DNA from: Epiperipatus broadwayi
Lineage: Eukaryota > Animalia > Onychophora
Direction: 5' to 3'
Assembly (NCBI GenBank): GCA_028023455.1
Contig: JAQFVV010000004.1
Span: 4,092,001-4,156,000, forward strand
DNA length: 64,000 nucleotides
Below are positions 12,023 through 25,139 of the stretch, one piece after another. The notes beneath the pieces were generated by a model. It had not been told where the DNA came from, ran no database searches, and was given only the letters and a program-made list of their open reading frames with translations. A program made the position numbers and the translations under genes. Positions within the stretch are counted from its first letter, which is position 1; each line of letters opens with the position of its first letter.

Positions 12023-14932
12023 TATGTATATCTTATTGAGCTATATACGTCTTAAATAATTTTAAACTGTTTTCAGCACAAAGCAATTAGAAAATGCTTT
12101 GCGAAAGATTTTTTTATTGTGCTTTATCGAGGAGATTCAAGTTAACAATTTTATTAAAGTTGGGAAGAAAAGACTTAGACCGCAAAATATTATATCGTTA
12201 CTATCCAGCTTTTTTTGTCAAATTTGTTTTTCATTAATCCATAGGGGAATAGCAGAGGCCATTAAAACATTACTAATATTTAAAAAAGTCATTAATTAAA
12301 TATATTATTTAACTAAAAAGCTTGAGTTTTCTAATTTTTTTTCAATGCTTTATTTTGCTTTTCCAATGATCCAGGCACACAAAACACATTTTTCATAGTA
12401 CCTTTATGCACATTTCACTGTTTAGTTCCATAAGTATTCTTGTACATTGTCTCTCCCTGATGCTAAGCTTGGGCTGGGTGAGAAAATAATTTATGCATGT
12501 CTCAGATAATGTTGGTTCATAATTAGACTCGATAATAGGTGAAGAGGGCAGAGGTCATAGTATTCTTGATTTAATATCTCGTGTATGGTGGCCTCGAGGT
12601 ACTTTCGCCTAGTATTTGAACTGAGTTAAACCAACATACATAGTCTGACCGGCACAATACATAAAGGGTTTGTTGGCTTATTAGTTTTTTTTAATTTATA
12701 CATTTATTTCTTTCTTGTCTGGCATTCCATTTATTCTGAATTTAATGTTAATTTTTATCAGATTTTTTCATAAATTTTAAAGCTGCCAAACATATTATTA
12801 AGTCCTATTAATTTCCTAAAGATTTTTATTAATTATAAATGAATTTTTTTTATCAATTTTTAAAATTTGTTTAATCATTTATAGCACTAAAGTGTGTTTT
12901 TTTAAAACATTATTTAAAAATAAGAAATATGTGCAAAAAAAGCTGCTATTAATGCATAAAAACATACACAGAGAGAAAAAAAGTGTTTAATCAAAATTCA
13001 TGTGAACTGGATAAGTCAAACTATCATTTATATGTGTGCATGTGTATGCATGATATTTGAGAAATAAAAGAGTGAACTGCCTAAATATCAAGAGAAAAAT
13101 CAGTCCATGCACATTATTAAAAATTATTAAGTATTATTTTTTAATATATGAGAAACTGAATGATAATAACATTGTAAAAAAAGATTTGCTTTTGATATGT
13201 GAGAAAATTTTAATTGCTTAGTTTTTTAAAATCTAAATTTAACCTTATTTAATTTATCTTTCAAATTGAAGTTATGATTATACAATTTAGCCATTTTTAT
13301 AGAAAATTTGATGGTGGATTTAAAAATGATATTAAAGTGTTGAAATTAATAATATTTTAGAAGTTATAAATTTTAAAATCAGCAATAATTTCCCTTCTTC
13401 CTACATTATGAAATGTAAATAAATCAAAAGGAAAGAGAAAAGCTGTTTTTTTTTCTTTTATTTATAGAAAACATAATCTAATGTACATAAAATTTCTATT
13501 CACAACATATTTTGAAACGAATTCAGCAGAGTGTTTTTTAAAATATATATTTTTGCAATGAGGCAGAGTTCATATATTTCCTAGCTGGCAATGTATATGT
13601 TGTTTGAAAACAATGTTGTTGAACACCATCAATTAAGTATAAATAGATTGGAAACGAGCAAGTAGGCATTATTTATTACTATCATTCTAATTCTAGGAGC
13701 CTAGCAGTTTATTCCATATTGCTTTACATTAGAGTGTGGTTTATTATTGAACCCATGGTGCTGTTATCCATGCTAGAAAGAGAAACAGTCACTGTAAGCT
13801 GTATTTTACTGATTATATTTAACATATTTTTCAATACTCCAGTAACAACAATCAGTATGATGAATTTATTTAGAAAAAATCCATCTACCATGTGTGGCTA
13901 GATAACTATAAACCACACCAGTCAAAACAAGCTGGGAAATGCAGTCAGATCTAGAAATTAATGCTTAAGTTTGAAAAACCAGCTTGTGAAATGTTTCTAC
14001 AGTGCCATAAAGGAGGAAGTGGATAGTGCCATATAAATTACTCAAGATCTCCAGATAGTATTTCTCATAGAATGACACCAATGCTGATTTATTTACTCTC
14101 TCTAATGTCACCAGTGTTCAACAAAAAGAATCATTATTGGAAAAAATTAAGGATGACAACAGTAATATACTAAAAGAATGGTACCTGAAAAAAAACCATG
14201 TTTAGTGAGTGTTACGGTGTTTTACATGGTTTAGATCTTATTCTAAATACCATAAGGCCTTAAATTTAAACCATAGCTTAAACTTAAAATATTGTTTGTT
14301 ACTTTAATATTTTTGTGTATGTGTTGATAGTTGCTAGTATATATACAACAATTTTATTTATTCATTATTATTTTAAATATATTTTTCATTAATCCATTTA
14401 GTTCATGTTTGCAATTCAATCCAAATACATGTTTTTTTACACCCATAAGCTAGTTAATGTCCACAGCCTTGAGAAATCATGTAATCCATGGGGGGGGGGG
14501 GCATGCTGGATTGGTGGTAATAATTGATGATGATTGTTCCTTTAAAAGTTTTTCAAGAGTAACCTTTTTTTTTAGGTTTGGCACCTTTGAGTTTCTTTTT
14601 TATTAAAACTAAAAAATAAATACTTATGGGAGTACTTATACTTTTAAAATAATAAATCATCATCATCGCATTGGTTAATATTATGCATTTTGAATTAAAT
14701 TTTTATTTATTTATTTGAATTTTAACCATTCCCCTTTCATATTTATTTGAACCAAAATTTATGATACAACAGTACATATTGAATAGATTATTTAATATAT
14801 TATATGTCCAGGTACCAATCTGATTGTTATAAAAAACCCATACTGTGAATTTTTACTATTTCAATATATATAATCAAAAAAAAATTTTTTTGATATTGAG
14901 TAAATATAATATCATGTATTATTTATTAAGTC

Positions 14933-15070
14933 TTTTTTTAAATAATAATTGAACTGCCCTCTAACTGCCATATTATTGTTCTGGATAACTTTAAATAAAA
15001 TGATCTAGAATATAGTAAAAAGTTATTGAACATGACACCTAGAGGGCAGTTCAATTATTATTTAAAAAAA
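14933..15070. repeat. 31-bp perfect inverted repeat
   Basis: TTTTTTTAAATAATAATTGAACTGCCCTCTA (14933-14963) / reverse complement at 15040-15070. Confidence 0.85.
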
Positions 15071-16805
15071 CAGATTTGGTAAATTTCACATGGCAAAAGA
15101 TTGTGGTTGTTGATTGTTATTGATATTGGTCTGGCTTAGGTGTTGGCTGCTTTCAATGAATTTATATATATCCAGTCAAATTAATTTACAAAGTTTGAAG
15201 TCTAACTGACTTCTCATTTACATATATATATATGTGAAATCAGTTATCTTCTTTTTCATTAGGTCGATAGCTTATGAAATTATGGTGTGAAATCCAATAA
15301 AGCTATGAATTAATTTGATTCATTATATATTTTATTACAGTTTAATGCTGCATTAATACTTTATATATATATATTAGAACATGTATAATAACATAATTTA
15401 ATATACTGGGGAAAAACTTTAACCACTACACTATATATAAATATTATTCAAAGTCTCATAGACTCATATTTAATTATTAAGAAGACAAAACGACTATTTT
15501 CCTTCCATTCCAAAAATGTATATAGAAGATAACTTTAAACAATGATAACTATAAGAATGAAATTTTATTCATTGAGATAAAAATAATGCATTAAAATGGA
15601 CTCTGATTTTACTATTTCCAAGTTTAATATTGCATTGTTTATATCAAGTGTGAAAGAAATTTTATTTATTATGTCCAAACTTGTCTTCCATATAAGTTTT
15701 TGGGCTTCAGACAATCAGAAGTTATTTTGTTTGCTTGGAAGATACACATGAATCGTTTGAATTGTCAAATGTTATTTATATACAGAAGTTGAAGAGATTT
15801 TCACTTATTTTCTCACTAAAATTAACATGTATACAGCAAAGAAAATTTTACAAAGAAGGTATCCATGACATATTTATAAGGTTCAAATGTTTGATTTAAT
15901 TTACTAATATGTTTAGTTAAGCCTTTAGCAATGAAAATACTCTGCATTAATTATTTGATTAAACTGATTTTATTAGTAAGTCTAAAATATTGAGCTAGGA
16001 AATTGATAATTGATTAAAATCTGTAAACTGTCAATGAATAAAAGTTCTATGATAAATACCTTTCTCTTACATAACACACACATATACAAGGCTTTTCAGG
16101 GCCTCACTTAACAGCAATAAAAGCTGATTAATGCCATTAAAATAATTCAAAACACATAGAAAAAACTGATTTTTATTAGTATATATTTAATTTCGTTTTT
16201 AGAAGATCAATTATAATTGTCTCTATGATACACAAAAGACAATTAAATTATAATATAAACTTCTTCTTCTATCTTTTCAAATATATTATCGAATTTATAA
16301 TGTCAAAAACTTCACATAAATATATCGGAGAGACTTTCTTTTCAAAAAATTTTATTGATATACATTATATAAACTACATAAATAAAATATAAATATCCAA
16401 CGTTTCGTCCATTTTTCAATAATAATATGGACTTTATCAAGGTTTTATAAAACAGAGAATGTGTAAATTGATTACATTTGAAGAAGAAAATTTTATTAAA
16501 AAGATTTTTTTATTAAAGGTAGAAAGGCTAAAGAATGAAGTAAATAATAGACATAATAAAAAAATAAATAATTTAATATTTTATAATAAAAATTTTAAAA
16601 TGTTTATAAACTTAATAAGAATATTGTTTGTGATGATAAATTTGGTAGTGTTTATAATGATTTTTTAGATAATAATTCCTCAGTTATTAATTTAACAAAT
16701 AAAGTTTTTAGTAAAAATGAACTAAATATATTAAGCAAAGGGTTAAATTATGTACCTTTTGGAAAATGTAGTATTAATAAACAAATTATTGAAATTAAAT
16801 CAAAA

Positions 16806-18708
16806 ATGATAATGATTAATAATTATATTGATAAAGATATTTTTGGTAAAATAGATAATAAAGAATTATTAAAAAGCGATTTGGTGTATGAATTTAAAAA
16901 ATTGGAATGGGATATTCAAAATAATATAAACAAGGATTTGTATAATAGGTATGAATGGAAAACCATTGATAATTTAAAAAATAAATATAATGATATCATT
17001 TTTTTGAAAGGAGATAAATTTTCAAATGTAGTAATTATGTATATAGAGGATTATAATAAAAAAATGATAAATATGTTAAAAGAAGATTGTTATATTGAAG
17101 TTAAAAAAGATATGAGTAATTTTTTAAATAAAAAGATAAATAAATTTATTACAATTATGGAAAATAAAAAAATAATTAAAAAAAGCGAAATGTTTAGGTT
17201 AAAAAGAATAGACGTTATGTGTGCTGAAATTCAAGGTTTGCCTAAGGTGCATAAACCTAATATACCTATGAGACCAATAGTGGATTGTTTTAACACTCAT
17301 TACGTTAATATTTCAAAATGGGTTTATATTAATTTATTTAAAAAATATACTAATTGTTTTGCTGTGAACAAAGTTTATAATTCTGTTGTATTTATTGAAA
17401 AAATAAAGAGGTTTTTATTTGGTTTGAAAGAATTTAAAAATATTTACTTTATTAAATTAGACATAATTAATATGTACACAAATATAAATTGTGAAAAAGC
17501 AATTGATTGTTTTTTGGAAATGTATATTGAAGATAAAAATAAAAATATAAAAATGGATATTCCTTTGTTGCATGACATTCTTATGTTATGTTGTAAGGAT
17601 TTATTTTTTAAATTCGGTGACAAATATTATAAACAGATAAAAGGGTTAAATATGGGGAATTGTTTAAGTGGATTTTTAGCAGATATTTATATGTGCAATT
17701 TTGAAAAAAGTTTTTTTAGTGTTTGTCATAAACCTATGTTTTATGTACATTATGTAGATGATTATTTCATGATATTTAATGGTAATTTGAATAAATCATT
17801 TAAGTTTTGGAATTTTCTTAATAATAGAATAGAAAATATTAAGTTTACTTTGGAAAAAGAAAATAATAATAGTATTGAATATATGGATGTAAAGATTTAT
17901 AAATTTTATAAAAATAATAGAATTAGAATAGAGACTGAGGTTTATAGAAAAAAAAATGTATACTGGGATTTTAACAAACTGGAATTCTGATATTGATTTT
18001 AAATGCAAAGTTAATATCATAAACAATAGAATAATGAGAGCATTTAAATTATGTTCAAATGAATATAGTTTAGATAAAGAATTAAATTATATAAAAAAGG
18101 AATGTATAATAAATGAGTATCCATATAGAGTTATAAATTATTTGTTTTCTACAAAAAATTTGAATAAAATTAGAAATAGTATTTGTATGAATGTTTATAA
18201 AAATAAAAATGTAAATAATGAAACAATTAAAGAACATGATGGTAATAAAGACTAAAATAAATTTTTTTTTATAGATAATAATATTTATATTGGTTTTAAG
18301 TTATCTAAATTTGTATTTTTAAAATTAAATGAATTATTAAATAAAATTAATAAAAAATACTGTATAAATATGAAACCTGTATACAAAAAGAAGAGAACTT
18401 TAAGATCTTTGGTTAATCATAAAGAATTTAATATGCTTGAAGCTATGAATTCAGTGTATTTAATTAAATGTTTGAACTGTAAAAACAATGTATTCTATAT
18501 TGGAACAAGCAAGAATAAATTAAAAACCAGACTATATCAGCATATGATTGATAAGAAATCTGCTATCTTTTGTCATAAGTTGGAAACAGGACATAAAGAC
18601 TATGAAATTCGACCTTTGGAATGTATTGGTAATTACTTTGAAAGATTTAACAAAGAGAGTATTTATATAGAACATTTAAATCCTAGTTTAAATAAAATGT
18701 TAAAGTAG
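16806..18708 (+). pseudogene. PLE reverse transcriptase + GIY-YIG endonuclease, with one frameshift and one in-frame stop
   Basis: Motifs KGDK, GLPKVHKPNIPMRPIV, LDIINMYTNI, GLNMGNCLS, YVDD; upstream in-frame ILSKGLNYVP; frameshift in the A-run near 17950; TAA at 18253 in frame with SVYLIKCLNC..FYIGTSK..RLYQH. Confidence 0.95.
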
Positions 18709-18965
18709 TTTATATATTTATACAAGGGAATTGACTGTTTTTATGTGAATATTTTTTCTTTTTGGTGTTAAAAAATTTTTCTCACTTTGTAAGGAGATGT
18801 TATGTTATACAATTTTTCCATTTTTTTGGTTTATAGGTATTTTATTTTTATTTTTATTTTATTATTTTATTTTTCTTTTTTTTTTTTTATTTTCTTATTT
18901 TTTCTTTTTTATTTTTTTTATTATTATTTTTATTATCTTTAATGTTTGTTTTTTCTCTGTTTTAT

Positions 18966-19020
18966 AAAACCTTGATAAAGTCCATATTATTATTGAAAAA
19001 TGGACGAAACGTTGGATATT
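18966..19020 (+). ncRNA. Minimal hammerhead ribozyme variant in the PLE pLTR (mirror copy on - strand ~16392-16446)
   Basis: CC-TTGATAA-A-GTCCAT-(loop)-ATGGAC-GAAA-CGTT-GG; U3-A8 replaces the C3-G8 core pair; palindromic ACGT stem III. Confidence 0.65.
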
Positions 19021-20849
19021 TATATTTTATTTATGTAGTTTATATAATGTATATCAATAAAAATTTTTGAAAAGAAAGTCTCTCCGCTATATTTATGTGA
19101 AGTTTTTGAAATTAAATTATAGTAGTAAGAAAAAAAACTGTTAATGAAAGACAATGATATAATGAACAAAACTCATTGCAATAAGACAAATATGTGAATG
19201 ATATTTTAAGGCCTTTCTGAAAAGTAAAGTTAAAACTTCAATTAATACTGAGGAAAATAAATTGTGTGAGATTATTATTTTAGTGTAGCTTTGTTTTTGC
19301 TTTTAAAAGAGGGATTTTAATTTTTATTATGAAGCATGAACAGAGTTTAAACATAACTGCAAGAAAAAAATATATTTCAAAGAAGACTTAATGTTCTTCA
19401 AATAATATGGCTAAACCAATATATTCTATAAATTTTTATTATTATAAATTTGTTTACATTTTTATTTTACGATTTAAAAAATGTTATTTTAGTTTTTACT
19501 AAATTTAATTGTACACAATTCACTGAATTTAATGTTACATGTAGTTTTACATTTTGTATTATATTTTCACTATTTAGATGATTGTTTAGATGGTAACTTT
19601 GTTCAGTGGACCCACAATGAATCTTTTCTATATAAATGGATGTATTGAATGACATTCCAGAACCAATTCATTCATTATAGAAGGCTTACTATATATTATA
19701 GTATTAAATTTCTATTCACAAAAACGTGTATTTAATTTATACCTTTAAATATTTAAATCAGAAATTATAAACTTGCATATAATAAAAGAATTTCTATTCA
19801 ATATTTGCATACATGAAACTTGTATAATATATTTCTAAAATCTACTCATAATAAATTATGGAAAACCATATTTCTTCATTGGATGCCAATAAAAAAACTG
19901 GTTTTATTGACCAGGAGTTCACAAGAAATCTAAGCACCCAAAATTATCCCAGGATGTCTTGATTCCAAGTCGGATGCTTTATCTACTTTGCCAAACCACA
20001 AAAGGCATTTAATACTATTACTTGGAAAGTTAAATTCTGTGAAATTATACATATCATATAACTGCAAATTACTATATTTTAAGCTAGTTGTTTTTTTCAT
20101 ATTACATTTTAAATAGTTAAAAATATTTATAATGTACTTTTGAACTCACTTGAATCAGATAAATAAATCAATACTTTTCTAGGTTTAATGTTACGTTAAT
20201 ATATAATCATTTTGAAATATTATGTGGATATGTTTATATTCAATATATTATAACTTTGTACAACAATATATTATGATTTATTTATATCTAAGTCCAGATG
20301 TCCATAAATTAAATAAAAATAAAAACAAGATATAAATAATACATTTTTATTATATTATAAAATAAATCCTTAATAAAATTATAAATGGAATATATATATA
20401 TTATAATGGTCGGGGTGTTTTCGAGTCTTACTGTATCTGCCATACAGGGCGCCACGAGTCTATTTGAACCTGGAAAATTTATATAGTAGGCAGATGCATA
20501 CTGTTAAGATCTAATTTTTACATATATGTTTTATTACGACCATCAGCCCATGCCACGAGCTCAAGGAGATGCAATGGTAATACAATTTTATCATATGCAG
20601 AAAACTTTATATTCCAAAATTTCAAATGAAGTATAAATGTATAATGATTTACTTACTATACTATTTCTTTTAAATGATTAATATTAGCCTTCTTAAAATT
20701 AATCTTATATTATCATACATTTTAAGTAACACTTTAAAATATATTAATAAAAGAAATATAATTTAATTGCAATATGGAAAGCAATATTTAATTAAAAATC
20801 TTCTATCTCAACAAATTAACATTTGTTATATGACAGACAGTAGGATTGC

Positions 20850-21092
20850 ATTTTTATATTGGACTATTTCTATCATCTAATATGTCTTTAGAAAAATTTA
20901 ATTTTATTTAAATATTCCAAATACATTCAACTGTTAGTAATAACACATCAATGTTTTGAGAGGTATTATTCTTCCCTCTTCCTCAGGTGTTGCTGGCCTG
21001 ACCAGTGACAATATTAGCATGGGATTTGAACCTGTGTCCTTGAATTCTTGAGTATTGAATTTTAAGGTAATGCTCTACCCAACTGAGCCAGT
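20850..21092 (-). mobile_element. tRNA-derived SINE
   Basis: Minus strand TGGCTCAGTTGGGTAGAGC (A box) ... GGTTCAAATCCC (B box) followed by GTCACTGGTCAGGCCAGCAAC; diverged copies at ~47320-47450(+) and ~48940-49200(+). Confidence 0.7.
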
Positions 21093-21129
21093 CTAACAAA
21101 GACAACAGTATAGTAATTTCATAAACTTA

Positions 21130-22400
21130 TCTATGAGGTTCCTCTTGATTTCTCCACTTTTTTTTTTGGGGGGGGGGTTGCTATTGTCATGTGAGCAGCT
21201 TTTTAAAATTTTCTTCTTTGTACCTTTTCTTCTCTATCCAATATTTTTGTATTTTCCCAATAACATATGTTCCATGGCACATACATGTTCTGCTACCTTA
21301 GGCACATCTGTTTTTTCTCTTCTAATTATCAGTTTGTGCTCTTGCAAGTGCTTTTCAATGGGACAACTGATCTCATCAATATATGTTCTTCCATATTCAC
21401 ATAGTATTTCATAGATGCAGTATTTTCTTTCCATCATTTCAAGTTTAGGCTTTGTAGATGTTAGAATTTCTTATAGGGTGGTATGGCTTTTGAAAGCTGT
21501 TCTAATGTTATAGTGATTTCAGATTTTCCTTAATTTGTCTAATATTTTTGGAATGTATGGGTATAATACAGTACCAATAATTGTCTTTTCTCTTGATGGT
21601 TCTTTTTGTTGTCTATTTAACATTTTCTTAATAACAGCTGATGGATAACCATTTTTCATAAGAGGTTGTTCTATATAGATCTTTTTTTTTTTCTAAATCA
21701 CTGGTTTCTGAACAAACTTCTTTTGCTCTGTTCCATAGTGATAGTATAACTTCAGGTTTTGTGTTTCTGGTGTGATTGGATGTGTAGACTAGTATTTTCC
21801 TGTATGTGTAGGTTTTGGGTAAACTGTAGTTTTGATTTTGCTATGATGGAATCTTGTCACAAGAACATCTAAGAATGCCAATTTTTGTTCTTGTTCTGAT
21901 TCTATTGTGAATTTAAATGAAGGGGATATATTATTGATGCCTTTCCAGAAATTTTGTAGCAGTGTTTCACCATGTGGCCATACAACAAATGTATCATTCA
22001 CATAGCAAAGCCAATCTTTAGGTGGATATGGAGTAGTTTTTATGGTTAAGGTTTGAAGTTCTTCCATGTAAATATTGCTAATCAGGGGAGACAATGATAA
22101 GCCCATAGCCATTCCTAGATTTTGTTGAAAAAATTCTGTGTTATATTGAAAGTAGGCTGTTTTTATGCAGAATGTTAATAGTTCCATTATACTATCAACA
22201 GGAAGAGCTGTTCTGGTTTGTAAACTATTATCATCATTTAATCTTTTCCTTACAATAGACAATGCTTCTTCACATGGTACATTCATGAATAAAGTTTCCA
22301 CATCAAAGCTTATTAGTAAGTCAGTTCTTTCAATTTTCATGTTCTTGATTAATTCTACAAAGTGTCTAGAATCTCTGACAAAAAAACTAGGTCTTGTATG
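21130..22400 (-). pseudogene. Decayed, 5'-truncated Penelope-like RT + GIY-YIG
   Basis: SFDVETLFMNVP, GMAMGLSLSPLISNIYME, YVNDTFVVW, KFTIESE..LAFLDV..VYPKPTHTGKY; downstream CIYEILCEYGRTYIDE (GIY-YIG). Confidence 0.9.
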
Positions 22401-22562
22401 CCAAAGCACTTAGAAGTGATGAAAGTCACAAGCTGAAAACTAGTCTGAGGATATTGTATTAGTAGGCACTGTCTAGGGATTTTATGCACAACCCTTCTTG
22501 CATCCATTGATTACAAAGGCTTGCACATGGTGGCATTACTGCATGGAGTTTGGTACTCTTTT
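22400..22562 (+). mobile_element. Family B hammerhead-unit fragment, inverted and fused to the PLE RT
   Basis: Aligns by eye to 24941-25100; decayed core GTGATGAAAGTCACAAGCTGAAAACTAGTC. Confidence 0.75.
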
Positions 22563-22619
22563 TATAATAATAATGATGATGATGACGATGATGACAACAA
22601 CAATAACAATAATAACAAT

Positions 22620-24500
22620 AATATTTGGTATTAATAATTTTTTTTATTTTCTATCTTACTTTCAATTATACATTACAACATTTTTTTTCACTTAAATCAT
22701 ATTTAAAATTTGTTAAAAAAATTGTGTTAAAAGTTTTAAAATATGATTGAATTAAAATGTTCTAAAAAAGAAAATCTGGAAGATTGCTAATATTTTTTAA
22801 ATAAAAATATCGTAAAAAATATAAATATAAATAAAATAAAATTTCTAAATAAACAATTAATGAATTAAAAAATGAAATAGATAAAATATTAAAAAATCAA
22901 AATAATGCAGATATGGGTATAATAATAAAAGTAAAGATAAAATAAAATAGTCAATAAAAAATTATAAATGTCAATATTTCAAAATATCAACAAAAAAGAT
23001 AAAGACAAATATTTATTAAAACCGACAAAAGCACAAATCATTACAGATCAACCCATATATAATCAAAAATGTTTGGATTATTAAAAGCTGAGAGGTAAGC
23101 GCAGCTGCCTTGCAAGCATTTGGTTGTTGCGGATTTGCCTCCCAGAAGATGCTATGACATGGGAAAAAAACAATTTATACAAATAGAAAAAGTTAATAGA
23201 AGTAATAGGGATAAAGTAATAAACCGTATTATAGCAAATTTAAATATAAAAATAACATTGATAAATATAAAAAAATTGATATAGAAAACTGCCATTATAA
23301 AAGAATATTCAAAAATTCATAAATTATATCTTTAGAGTAATTTAAAAAGATACCAACACATTTTGAAAATGCATAAAAATGTTGTTCAATAAGGTTTTTA
23401 AAAGTATTATTCAGACAATAAAAACATAAAAAAAAACAATAACAAAAAAATAATATACAGTTTTTAAATAAATTTTTAAAAAATCATTAATAATGAATGC
23501 CATAAAAATATATACTTTGCAAAATTTGATACTACAGCATGGATACAAATGTTAATAAAGATTATACAATAAAAATTATTTTTAGAAAAATATTTATTAG
23601 ATAAAAATAAAAATTTAAGAATAGATACTAAAATATTTAAGAATTATTTATTAATAGTATTTTTAAATAATGTTATAAACAAATTAAAGAAATAATTTAA
23701 ATATACGTATAGGAAATATATACATATATGGGGAAAATTTGAAATTATATACTAAATAACTTCAAAATATAAATCACTGTTTTATAAAAGATAAAAGCTG
23801 ATTATTTCATGATATTCAGTGGAAATAAAAATAAATATAAATTATTTTACAATGAAATAAACCAAAATGAAGAAAATATAAAATTCAAAATGTAAATAAA
23901 AGAAAAACATTATGTTTAGAAATATTTACAAAAATATATTCAACAACAAAATAAATATTGAAGCTATGTATGAAGATATATTCCATGAATATTTAGCAAA
24001 TTGGACATCAGACATTGATAATATTCATAAAGAAAATATATTAAGAAAATTGAAACAAAATTACAAGCATGTTGAGGTGCTGGAAAAAGAAGCTGTAATA
24101 AATACTTATATGAATTGATAAAATACTTGACAGCTGAGCACTTTTGAAGCATTTAGCTTCATATTCATAGCTGTAAAAAAACAAATAGTGCAGAGTAGAA
24201 TGTAAATGGCAATATTCAAATTATATGCAAATTAAGAAATTGAATAAAAAGAGCAATGTTCCAACAATCAAGTATTAGAAAATAAAATAAACATTAAAAA
24301 ACCACAATACTTTTTCTCAATGCATTATGAATTAATTGACAAAACTTATATTTATAGAATAAAAAAGTAATAAGAATAATAAATAAATAAGAATGAAATA
24401 ATATATACATTAAACATAGAAGTATATATATATCAGGTCACATTGTTGGAGCATATAATGTTAAAATTGCAATATATTTATTCATTATCGCATATTAAAA
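22620..24500 (+). pseudogene. Highly decayed Penelope-like RT
   Basis: IKTDK near 23015; KFD...TNV near 23521; ORF 23912-24118 (LANWTSDID..KENI) resembles LTNWNSDID..KVNI of the intact PLE. Confidence 0.55.
23085..23170 (+). mobile_element. Diverged copy of the short tRNA-like SINE seen at 58396
   Basis: GCTGCCTTGCAAGCA and GATGCTATGACATG..A-tail shared with 58429-58505. Confidence 0.5.
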
Positions 24501-24696
24501 CCCTTAGTATTCCATTTATTTTGGTATAATATTTTAGTATAATAGAGTTATATAAGACAATAAATGTAGAAATTAATATTCAGATTGAGAGAGAAAACCC
24601 CAACCTCATAATATGTCTATTTTTATGCAAAATGCTTTTAATTTTTTATGTTTTACTTATGCAAATGTTGTTAACACTTTTTTGAATTAACAAAGC

Positions 24697-25105
24697 ATAT
24701 TGGCTTAAAACCAATCCTGCCTAATGGGATAGTGGTGGATATAGTTATTAAAGAACCAAAGTCACCAAAATGTATGGGTACTGAACTGAGTTCACACCTA
24801 AATAATATATAAGCTAATGAGCTTGGATTGAAAATATTAGTTTTCAATTTAAAACTTGTAGTTTTGTAGTTAAGTAGAGATAAAAGATTGGTGTCAGAGG
24901 GTTGCATTAGATCCTAAAATCTAGGTGCAGTATTCACAGATCCAAGGCACCTCATTGATGAAGGCCACAAGCCAGAAACTAGTCTGGGGATATTGGATGA
25001 GTAGGCAGTAGATGGGGATTTTATGCACAAACCTTCTGGCATCCATTGATTACTCTGGCTTGCACTGAGTGGCAATACATATAGAGAGTTTTGCCTGTTT
25101 TAATA
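24697..25105 (+). mobile_element. Family B hammerhead unit
   Basis: Colinear with 44969-45380(-); hammerhead CCTCA-TTGATGA-AGGCCACAAGCCA-GAAA-CTAGTC-TGGG at 24950-24988. Confidence 0.8.
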
Positions 25106-25139
25106 ACATATTGGGTTTTAACAAATATTGACACTAAAA

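Larger units (their letters stand above)
16253..19109 (+). mobile_element. Penelope-like retroelement (Penelope/Poseidon type), 5'-truncated, with inverted pLTRs
   Basis: RT + GIY-YIG coding region; ~157-bp near-identical inverted pLTRs 16303-16459 and 18953-19109; ~50-nt tail 16253-16302; TSD AATTAAATTATA at 16241-16252 and 19110-19121. Confidence 0.95.

Noticed and set aside
13600-14230. Coding-like composition, possible transposase remnant
   Set aside because: No identifiable motifs or termini by eye
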